From Pseudodesulfovibrio mercurii (lineage in GTDB: Bacteria; Desulfobacterota; Desulfovibrionia; Desulfovibrionales; Desulfovibrionaceae): a stretch of 32,000 nucleotides of DNA. The position numbers were made by a program, and so were the translations under genes. This document shows positions 25,501 to 32,000 of this stretch, piece by piece (position 1 is the first letter of the stretch; each line of letters opens with the position of its first letter). The stretch spans positions 3,510,001 to 3,542,000 of the forward strand of contig NC_016803.1 in assembly GCF_000189295.2 (NCBI RefSeq), read 5' to 3'. The notes beneath the pieces are model-generated. The model was not told the origin of the DNA. It was given only the letters and a program-made list of their open reading frames with translations, and made no database searches.

Positions 25501-25592
25501 AGGGTAGCGCGGTCGCGGATGTCGTCGCGATATGTGTATTTAAGATCAGTCAGTTCGCCGATCAAGCCTTGCTCTATTTGTTGTTCTGTCAT
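22563..25592 (-). CDS. hsdR: type I restriction endonuclease subunit R
   Basis: 1009 aa. SF2 motif I HTTGSGKTLTS, motif II FIFDECHRSQ, motif III-like TGTPIF. The N-terminal nuclease region and long C-terminal helical domain are typical of HsdR. Confidence 0.95.
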   Translation of the reverse strand: MTEQQIEQGLIGELTDLKYTYRDDIRDRATLESNFREHFQALNRVQLTDGEFKRLLDEIISPDVFTAATMLREINDFTRDDGTPLNYTLVNIKDWCKNTFEVVNQLRINTDNSFQRYDVMLLINGIPVVQIELKTLGISPRRAMQQIVDYKKDPGNGYTKTLLCFVQLFIVSNQTETYYFANNNDRHFAFDADESFLPIYQHADEDNNKITHLSDFAESFLPKCTLATTINRYMVLVASERKMLMMRPYQIYAVKNIDQSIRENRGNGYVWHTTGSGKTLTSFKASTLLKLNPDIHKCLFVVDRKDLDRQTREEFNRFQEGCVEENTNTAALVRRLISDDYADKVIVTTIQKLGLALDETSKYNKSDKKNGKATFKERLEPLRDKRMAFIFDECHRSQFGQTHQTIKNFFPKAQLFGFTGTPIFPENATTRQIDGNIQTLRTTKDLFQNEFPAYTITNAIEDKNVLRFHVDYFKPDGENLPKPGTPVAKRAVIDAILAKHDAATGERRFNAIFATASINDAIEYYELFKQIQAEHQAADTDYVPVRVAAVFSPPAEGNPDVKQLQEDLPQELEDNQQEPEKKKEALKAIIADYNASYGTNHSIGEFDAYYQDVQQRIKDQKFPNRDLPKKGAEKIDITIVVDMLLTGFDSKYLNTLYVDKNLRYHGLIQAFSRTNRVLNSAKPYGHILDFRGQRDRVDEAIRLFSGARAEQAREIWLVDEAPVVIEQLKAAKQELDDFLQSQGLDPRPEAVPNLKGDEARAAFVKQFKEIQRLTTQLDQYTDLTEEQRKEIEQALPKDDARAFRGVYLETAKRLKARQDKAGGSATVGDSDRATQDVIDQLDFEFVLFASADIDYDYIMSLISRFSGQAPGQQEMKREELVRLIRSDAKFMGELDEITEYVRTLETGKPLTEEDVRVGYQIFKGERHASELAAIAHKHGLTNEALQTFVDAILDRMIFDGEQLTDLLEPLDLGWRERREKELALMDDLVPLLKKRADGRAISGLNAYEQ

Positions 25593-25730
25593 TTGGAATC
25601 CGTAGGCTATAACATGATGATCTTTTCAGGCCAGATTGAAAACTTTAAGCGTGCTTCGTAAAGGCCGTCAAGAGTTAGCAAATATCCCTTCAAATCAAAA
25701 GCATATGTGTCAAAATTCTTGGGCACAGGA

Positions 25731-25797
25731 TATACACCCCCGGCCACCCCAGGGCATCCCCTTGTCCCAATTTGTATACCAGGGCGTATACCAAGGC
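25731..25797. promoter_or_regulatory. putative arm-type integrase binding repeats at the tRNA-proximal island end
   Basis: TATACAC at 25731-25737, and GTATACC at 25774-25780 and 25786-25792. The string TTTGTATACC.GG...GTATACCAAGG parallels 6701-6752 at the other end. Confidence 0.5.
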
Positions 25798-25800
25798 ATG

Positions 25801-25830
25801 AAAAAAGCGCTTATGATTTCTCATAAGCGC
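25801..25830 (-). terminator. rho-independent terminator of tRNA-Thr
   Basis: GCGCTTATGA-TTTC-TCATAAGCGC is preceded on + by AAAAAA, giving a U-run on the minus strand. It lies 10 nt after the tRNA 3' end. Confidence 0.75.
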
Positions 25831-25840
25831 TTGATTTCGT

Positions 25841-25916
<76 letters not shown>

Positions 25917-25932
25917 GAAACGGGAATCGATT

Positions 25933-25960
25933 TTTATCCCAGGTGACCGGGGGTGGTCAA
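25933..25960 (-). promoter_or_regulatory. putative sigma70 promoter of tRNA-Thr
   Basis: Minus strand reads TTGACC, a 16-nt spacer, then GATAAA, ending about 16 nt upstream of the mature 5' end. Confidence 0.4.
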
Positions 25961-26179
25961 GGTAAAAAGCGCGTTGGGGACGGCCGGAAAATATGAGGGG
26001 GTGTGGGGCCGGCCGAGGGGGCGGGAAGGGCGGGAGCGCCGGGGTTTGGCCGGACGGGCGGCGGGGCGCGGGCGAAATAAGAGGGTGGCTTTTCCTGGGG
26101 AGGTTGGTATTGTGGGTTGCCTGGACGGTTTGTTCAAGAAATCAATGGACTGCCTGAGCGTTAACGGGAGACTTGTAGG

Positions 26180-29100
26180 GTGAGAAAGGGACGGACCATC
26201 GGCGGAGCCGGGTTGCTGGGCATGGTGGCCGTTTCCTGGATCTCCATTCTGGTCATCGGCGGGACCTGGCTGTACTCCATGTACGCCGACTTTCAGGCCG
26301 ACGCCGACCGGATTCGGGAGGAGCGCTACGCCGAGCGCCGCAGCCTGGTCAAGGGCGAGGTGGACGACGCCATCGAGCTGATCGCACGGCTCCGGCGGTC
26401 CGCCGCCGACACCCTGGGGCGCAGGCTCGATTCCAGGATGCGCGACGTCCGGGCCCTGAACGAAGTGTTGGCGCGCGACCTTGCCAAGGGGACCGACGGC
26501 ACGGTGCTGCGCATCGCCACGGTCCGGCTCATGGCCGCCCTGGACCGCAGCGAGGCGCGACTCTACGCCATCCGCGACAATACCATCTATCTCTTTTCCC
26601 CCTTTCCCAAATGGGTTGACCGCGAGGACGCCCTGACCCAGGTGGAGGCCGAACTTGAGGGCGTGACCAACGGGCAGCGCAGGCTGGACCTCAAGGTGGC
26701 CGACGGCATGAACGGCTACACCCTGCTGGTCAAGGTCAACGAGTTCGGGGCCCATGGGCTGCGCGTGGTGGCCGGGGCCTGTCTCGAGATGGCCGAGGAA
26801 ACGGTCAAGGAAACGGCCCTGCGGCAGTTGGCGGACATCCGCTACGCCAAGAACGGTTCCCTGTTCGGCGGGACCATGGAAGGGGTATCCATCCTCGGCC
26901 CGGTGCCCGGCCGGAACATGTGGGCCGTCACCGACGCAAACGGCGTGAAGATCGTCCAGGAACTCATCGCCGCGGCCAAGCGCGGCGGGGAGTTCGTGAA
27001 CTACGTCATGCCGCCCCTGAGCGGGGAGCGCAACGAGCCCAAGGTCAGCTATGCCCGGCTCGTTCCGGACTGGGGCTGGTACATCGGCACCGGGGCCTTC
27101 GTGGGCGACATCGAAGGGGTCGTCGAGCTCAAGCGCAAGCAGCTCGAACAGCACATCCAGGACCGTGGCCTGCTCATCCTGTCCGGCATGGCCGCGCTCA
27201 GTCTGCTGGCCCTGTACCTGTCGCGCCGCCTGGCCCGGAACATTGAGAACAACGTGGCCTCCTTCACCACGGTCTGGAAGCGGGCCGCCTCGGGCCGGGG
27301 CGAGATCGACGTGGCCTCCCTGGACTATGCGGAGTTCAAGACCCTGGCCGAGGCCGCCAACCACATGGTCGCCGAGCGCCAGACCGCGCAGGAGGCCCTG
27401 TCCGAGAGCCTGGAGCGGTTCAGCTCCCTGGTCGCGAACGTGCCGGGCATCATCTACCACAGCGATTTCAGGGGCGTCTGGGTGAACCGGTACATCAGCG
27501 ACACGGTTCTGGACGTGACCGGTTACCCGGCCGAGGACTTCATGGAGGGCGGCGGCCGGACCTTCCAGTCCATCATCCACCCCGAGGACCGGGAGTGGGT
27601 GGCCCAATCCCTGCGCCAGGGGCTGGAGCACCGCCAGACCTACCTGGCGGACTACCGGATCATCCGCCGAGACGGCGAGATCCGCTGGGTTTCCGAGCGC
27701 GGGCGAATCCTCCACGACGAGCAGGGCGGGCCGGAGCGCCTCGACGGCGTGGTCTTCGACGTGACCGACCGCAAGCACGCCGAGGAGGAGTACTACAACC
27801 ACATCCATTTCCTGGAGACCCTGGACCGCATCGACCGGGCCATGCACGTCGGGACCTCCACCCGCGAGATGCTCGGGACCACGGTGGAGGCCATCCGGGT
27901 CGCCTTCGGGGCCGACCGGGCCTGGCTGCTCAAACCGTGCGACCCCGAGGCGGACGAGTTCCGCGTGGTGGTCAACGAGACCTCTCCCGAGTTCGTCGTC
28001 GAAGAAGAGGTGGTCCTGGCCGTGGACGACAATATCCGCAGAGACATGAGGATGCTGCTGGACAGCCCGGTGCCCCTGGCCTTCGACCCCTTCAGCGGGC
28101 GGACGGTCCCCAGGGAGATCACCGACCGGTACGACATCCGCTCACAGCTCATGTTCGCCATCCGGCCCAGGGTCGGCCCGGCGCTGGTCCTGGGGCTGCA
28201 CCATTGCCGGGAGCCGCGCGTCTGGACCAGCGAGGAGATCCGTCTGTTCACCGAGGCGGGCCGCCGTCTGGCCGACGGGCTCAACGTGGCCCTGATCCTG
28301 GACGAACTGACCGAGAGCGAGGAGCGGTTCCGGACCTTTTCCGAGCAGACCATGCTCGGCCTGTGCGTCCTCCAGGAGAACAGGGTCATCTTCATCAACC
28401 GGGCCGCGGCCGACATCGTCGAGGCCCCGGTGGAGGAGCTCATGGCCCTGCCGCCCGGCGGGTTCGTCCGCTACCTGCACCCGGACGACAGCGACTTCGT
28501 CGTGGAGCAGGCCCGGCGCAAGCAGGCCGGGGAGGCCGACACGGTCTCGGCCTACAGCTGGCGGGCGGTGACCGGCACGGGCCGGGTCAAGTGGGTGGAA
28601 ATTCACTCCCGGACCACCCGGGTCAACGGCAAGTCCGCCGACCTCGTCTCACTGGTGGACATCACCGCCCTGAAGCGGGCCGAGGAGGACCTGGAGGCGA
28701 TCATCGCCGAGCGCACCTCGGCCCTGGCCCTCAAGGCCGAGGAACTGAAGCGGGCCAACACGGAGCTGACCCGGCTCGACGACCTCAAGTCCTCCTTCCT
28801 GACCACCGTGTCCCACACCATGCGCACGCCGCTGACCTCGGTGCTCGGCTACGGCGCCCTGGCGCGCAAGGAGCTGGACCGGGCCCTGGGCGGCGCGGGC
28901 AACAGCGAGAGCCTGCATCGCGCCCTGGGCAACCTGGACGTTTTGGAGGCCGAGGGGCGGCGGTTGAACCTGCTGGTGGAGCAGTTCATGGAGCTGGCCG
29001 ACATGGAGGCGGGCGGCGACCTGCGCACCGAGGCGACCTATCCCGTGGCCGCGACCATCCGGCGGGCCGTGGAGGACGCCCGCGCCGAGTGTATCGGCCG

Positions 29101-29503
29101 CGATCGCCTCGAGGTGACCTTGGACATGGAGGAGAACCTGCCGGAACTGAACGTCTTGCCGGAGCACCTGGAGCGGGTCCTGGGCCACCTGCTGGGCAAC
29201 GCCTGCCATTTCACCCGCGACGGGAAGATTTCCGTGCGCGTGGCCAGCCCAGACGGCAAGGGGCTGGAACTGACCGTGGCCGACACGGGCAAGGGCATCC
29301 CCGAGGAGGAGCTCGAGGCCATCTTCAAGCCGTTCCACCAGGTGGACACCGGCGACACCCTAGTGGACGAGATCAAGGGCGCCGGGCTCGGCCTGGCCCT
29401 GTGCCGCATGGTCGTCGAGAAGCTGGGCGGCCGGGTCTGGGCCCGGTCCGAAGGGGGCAGGGGCGCGGTCTTCCACGTGATCCTGCCCGGCGGCCGGGAC
29501 TGA
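26180..29503 (+). CDS. multidomain sensor histidine kinase (TM - sCache - TM - HAMP-like - PAS - GAF - PAS - HisKA - HATPase)
   Basis: N-terminal TM helix. Cache-type periplasmic segment (GGEFVNYVMP....PKVSYARLVPDWGWYIGTGAFVGDIE). Second TM helix. PAS-like segments (FSSLVANVPGIIYHSD; FRTFSEQTMLGLCVL). H-box SHTMRTPLTSV, N-box LLGNACHFT, G-boxes DTGKGIP and GAGLGLALCRMVV. GTG 26180 is preceded by GGGAGA. Confidence 0.9.
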   Translation: MRKGRTIGGAGLLGMVAVSWISILVIGGTWLYSMYADFQADADRIREERYAERRSLVKGEVDDAIELIARLRRSAADTLGRRLDSRMRDVRALNEVLARDLAKGTDGTVLRIATVRLMAALDRSEARLYAIRDNTIYLFSPFPKWVDREDALTQVEAELEGVTNGQRRLDLKVADGMNGYTLLVKVNEFGAHGLRVVAGACLEMAEETVKETALRQLADIRYAKNGSLFGGTMEGVSILGPVPGRNMWAVTDANGVKIVQELIAAAKRGGEFVNYVMPPLSGERNEPKVSYARLVPDWGWYIGTGAFVGDIEGVVELKRKQLEQHIQDRGLLILSGMAALSLLALYLSRRLARNIENNVASFTTVWKRAASGRGEIDVASLDYAEFKTLAEAANHMVAERQTAQEALSESLERFSSLVANVPGIIYHSDFRGVWVNRYISDTVLDVTGYPAEDFMEGGGRTFQSIIHPEDREWVAQSLRQGLEHRQTYLADYRIIRRDGEIRWVSERGRILHDEQGGPERLDGVVFDVTDRKHAEEEYYNHIHFLETLDRIDRAMHVGTSTREMLGTTVEAIRVAFGADRAWLLKPCDPEADEFRVVVNETSPEFVVEEEVVLAVDDNIRRDMRMLLDSPVPLAFDPFSGRTVPREITDRYDIRSQLMFAIRPRVGPALVLGLHHCREPRVWTSEEIRLFTEAGRRLADGLNVALILDELTESEERFRTFSEQTMLGLCVLQENRVIFINRAAADIVEAPVEELMALPPGGFVRYLHPDDSDFVVEQARRKQAGEADTVSAYSWRAVTGTGRVKWVEIHSRTTRVNGKSADLVSLVDITALKRAEEDLEAIIAERTSALALKAEELKRANTELTRLDDLKSSFLTTVSHTMRTPLTSVLGYGALARKELDRALGGAGNSESLHRALGNLDVLEAEGRRLNLLVEQFMELADMEAGGDLRTEATYPVAATIRRAVEDARAECIGRDRLEVTLDMEENLPELNVLPEHLERVLGHLLGNACHFTRDGKISVRVASPDGKGLELTVADTGKGIPEEELEAIFKPFHQVDTGDTLVDEIKGAGLGLALCRMVVEKLGGRVWARSEGGRGAVFHVILPGGRD

Positions 29504-31552
29504 TCAGCCCAGTTCCATGACCAGGTTGGACCACGGGTCCACGCGCACCTCGGCCCCGGGCGGGACCACGATGGTCGAGGTGTATTCCGTGACCACGGCC
29601 GGGCCGGTGAACCGGTTGCCCGGCTTCAGGGCCGCCCGGTCCAGCACGGCGGCCTCGCTTTCGACACCCCCGAAAATTATCCACCGCACGCCCAGGCGCG
29701 CCGCCTCGGGCACGGCCTCGCCGTCCGGGGGCGACGGCGCGATCTCTCGTTCCTCCGCCATGCCCCGGCTGCGCAGCCGGACGTTGACCACCTCCACGGG
29801 CTTGTCCGCGTTGCGGTAGCCGTAGCGCTGCTCGTGCAGGGCCTGGAAGGCCTCGGTCATGTCCGGGCCGAAGGGGACCACGATCTCGAAGGACTGGCCC
29901 CGATAGCGCATGTCCAGGAACCGCTCGTGGACCACCCGGTCGTCCGGCACGCCCTCAAGGGCCAGCTCGTCGCGGCCGTCCCGCTCCAGTTCGGCGAAGG
30001 CCGCTTCCATGGCCTCAAGGGGGAAGTCGTCGGCCGAGCGCATGACCGTGCGCGAGTAGTCCTTGACCACGTCGGCCATGAGCATGCCCGTGGCCGAGAG
30101 GATGCCGGGATCCACCGGCACCAGGACGCGCGGCATGCCCAGCAGCCGGGCCAGTTCGGCGCAGTGCATGCCGCCCGCGCCGCCGAAGGAGAGGAGGGTG
30201 AACTCGCGCGGGTCGAATCCCTTTTCCACGGAGATGACCCGGATGGCCCGCTCCATGTTGGCGTTGGCCACGGCCAGGATGCCCTCGGCCAGTTCGGCGG
30301 GCGGCAGCCCCAGCTCCCCGGCCAGACGCTCCACGCCGCGCCGGGCGCCGTCCTCGTCCAGGGTCATGGCCCCGCCCAGGAAGCGGTCGGGCACGATGCG
30401 TCCGAGGTACAGGTTGGCGTCGGTCACGGTGACGCGCGTCCCGCCCCGGCCGTAGCAGATGGGGCCGGGGTCCGCGCCCGCGCTCTCCGGGCCCACGGCC
30501 AGGGACCCGCCGGGGTCCGGGGCGGCGATGGACCCGCCGCCCGCGCCCACGGTGTGGATGTCGATCATGGGCACTTTGACCGGATAGCCGGAGATGGACG
30601 AGGCCATGGTCAGGGGCAGGGCGCCGTCCATGAGGCTGACATCGGTGCTGGTGCCGCCCATGTCGAAGGTGATCAATTTGTCGAACCCGGCGGCGCGGGC
30701 CAGGGCCAGCGCGCCCACCGCGCCCCCGGCCGGGCCTGACAGGATGGTCCGCACGGACTCGCGCATGGCCGTGTCCGCCGAGATGGACCCACCGTTGGAC
30801 TGCATGATGCGCAGCGCCGGGCCGCGCCCGGTTCCGGCTTCATCCTCGGCTTTGGGCCCGGACTCGTGCCCGCCGAGACCCTGTTGCAGGGCGGTCAGGT
30901 AGCGGGTCATGATCGGCGAGACGTAGGCGTTGACCACCGTGGTCGAGGTCCGCTCGAACTCGCGGAACTCGGCCAGGATATCGCTCGACAGGGACACGGG
31001 CAGGCCGAGCGCGCGGAGCTTTTCGCCCATGCGCCGCTCATGGCCCGGGTCGAGGAAGGAGAAGAGCAGGCAGACGGCCACGGACCGCGCCCCGGACGTC
31101 CGGATGCGCTCGACGACCTCCCCGGCCGCGTCCTCGTCCCAGGGGACCAGGGTCTCGCCTTGGGCGGTGATCCGGCCCGGCAGGCCGAAGCGCAGGGCAG
31201 GGGGCACGATGTGCGGCCGGCGCCGGTAGTGCAGGTCGTACAGGTCGGCGCGGTTCTGGCGGCCGATCTCGATGACGTCGGTGAACCCCACGTTGGTCAC
31301 CAGGGCCGTGGGCACGCCCTTGCGTTCCAGGATGGCGTTGGTGGCCACGGTGGAGCCGTGCACCACGGCCAGGTCCGCGTCGCCGAGGGTCGCGCCGGGC
31401 AGTCGCTCCGCCAGGATGCGGCGCAGGCCGGAAAGGACCGCCTCGGCCGGGTTGTGCGGGGTGGACAGGGTCTTGAACGTGCCGGTCTCCCGGCCGTGGA
31501 CGTAGGTGAAGTCGGTGAAGGTGCCGCCGGTATCGACGCCGATGAAGAGCAT
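29504..31552 (-). CDS. hydantoinase/oxoprolinase family protein (HyuA-type, N-methylhydantoinase A / acetone carboxylase beta-like)
   Basis: N-terminal MLFIGVDTGGTFTDF and a second ASKHA phosphate motif TFDMGGTSTDVS. The 682-aa length is typical of hydantoinase A. Confidence 0.9.
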   Translation of the reverse strand: MLFIGVDTGGTFTDFTYVHGRETGTFKTLSTPHNPAEAVLSGLRRILAERLPGATLGDADLAVVHGSTVATNAILERKGVPTALVTNVGFTDVIEIGRQNRADLYDLHYRRRPHIVPPALRFGLPGRITAQGETLVPWDEDAAGEVVERIRTSGARSVAVCLLFSFLDPGHERRMGEKLRALGLPVSLSSDILAEFREFERTSTTVVNAYVSPIMTRYLTALQQGLGGHESGPKAEDEAGTGRGPALRIMQSNGGSISADTAMRESVRTILSGPAGGAVGALALARAAGFDKLITFDMGGTSTDVSLMDGALPLTMASSISGYPVKVPMIDIHTVGAGGGSIAAPDPGGSLAVGPESAGADPGPICYGRGGTRVTVTDANLYLGRIVPDRFLGGAMTLDEDGARRGVERLAGELGLPPAELAEGILAVANANMERAIRVISVEKGFDPREFTLLSFGGAGGMHCAELARLLGMPRVLVPVDPGILSATGMLMADVVKDYSRTVMRSADDFPLEAMEAAFAELERDGRDELALEGVPDDRVVHERFLDMRYRGQSFEIVVPFGPDMTEAFQALHEQRYGYRNADKPVEVVNVRLRSRGMAEEREIAPSPPDGEAVPEAARLGVRWIIFGGVESEAAVLDRAALKPGNRFTGPAVVTEYTSTIVVPPGAEVRVDPWSNLVMELG

Positions 31553-31615
31553 GAGACCTCCTGGGGATGCGCGAGGCGACGATACAGGAATCGGGCGCGC
31601 TTCGCCAGGACCGGG

Positions 31616-31990
31616 TCAGGAGGCCGAGAGCCGGTCCATGGCCTCTGTCTCGTCGGTGAAGACGAGATAGGCGGTGCTCCGGTTGGCCGCGATGGTCTCG
31701 TATCGGCGGTGCTGGGCCAGATGCTCCGGGGCGCAGAGGGCCGCCAGGCGCAGGCCGTCCAGCTGGAAATGCCGGTCGGCCGCGTATTCGGCCAGTTCAA
31801 GCAGGTCGTGGTAGTCCAGATGGAAGACGGCCCGCCGGTAGTCGAGGAGGATTCCGCGCAGCCCGTATTGCCTGGCGGCGGCCCGGTATCGGGTCGAAAA
31901 GTGGATGATCTCGTCGATGGATCGGATGTCGCCCACGACCGTCACCCGCAGGTGGTCGGCGCAGGGCATGATCGATACGCTTGCTGTCAT
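31616..31990 (-). CDS. hypothetical protein (124 aa)
   Basis: ORF with host-like GC, upstream of and co-oriented with the hydantoinase gene. No motif recognised. Confidence 0.45.
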   Translation of the reverse strand: MTASVSIMPCADHLRVTVVGDIRSIDEIIHFSTRYRAAARQYGLRGILLDYRRAVFHLDYHDLLELAEYAADRHFQLDGLRLAALCAPEHLAQHRRYETIAANRSTAYLVFTDETEAMDRLSAS

Positions 31991-32000
31991 GACTACACCC

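Noticed and set aside
25934-27847. 637-aa ORF on the minus strand
   Set aside because: It lies antisense to the well-supported histidine-kinase gene in about 70% GC DNA, where long spurious ORFs are expected. The product is low-complexity (G/P/A/V/L-rich), has no motifs, and would run into the tRNA promoter region.
27595-29520. 641-aa ORF in an alternative + frame
   Set aside because: The translation is rich in Arg, Gly and Pro, typical of an off-frame reading of a high-GC gene. The in-frame kinase ORF carries H, N and G boxes.
29834-30739. 301-aa + strand ORF
   Set aside because: It is an antisense shadow of the hydantoinase gene in very GC-rich DNA and is low-complexity (G/A/H/V).

Overview
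High-GC bacterial chromosome, possibly from a Desulfovibrio-like deltaproteobacterium (inference from composition and gene content only). It is interrupted by a composite genomic island of about 21 kb inserted in the 3' half of a tRNA-Thr(CGU) gene. Left flank (1-4790) holds a polar amino-acid ABC transporter (permease tail, ATPase, binding protein), an AroM-family protein, a HutI-like amidohydrolase and a GntR/FadR regulator. The island (about 4831-25840) is bounded by three direct copies of the tRNA 3' half: two displaced pseudo-copies at 4831-4876 and 6605-6650, and the intact gene at 25841-25916. It therefore looks like a tandem array. The first part is a 1.8-kb integrase-less remnant carrying one AT-rich orphan gene. 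The second is a 19-kb element whose modules, from left to right, are as follows. (i) An AT-rich two-gene cassette of dCTP-deaminase/dUTPase-fold proteins, one with a C-terminal 2-TM anchor. (ii) A 401-aa unknown gene that also occurs as two decayed fragments nearby. (iii) A module of tyrosine integrase, Xis-like HTH, small tyrosine recombinase, CHC2 zinc-finger protein and SF3/D5-type helicase. (iv) A 282-aa orphan, a MucR/Ros regulator and two coupled DUF2958 genes. (v) A type I R-M operon in the order hsdR-hsdS-(PrrC-like ATPase/anticodon-nuclease candidate)-hsdM, followed by a GIY-YIG/DUF4357 gene. Right flank (25917-32000, about 70% GC) holds a large Cache-HAMP-PAS-GAF-PAS histidine kinase, a hydantoinase/oxoprolinase A-family gene and a small unknown gene. 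The best candidate for an undescribed system is the Dcd/Dut-fold gene pair at 7211-8426. No CRISPR array, rRNA or transposase was seen. All homology statements are by-eye motif recognition, and no database search was possible.
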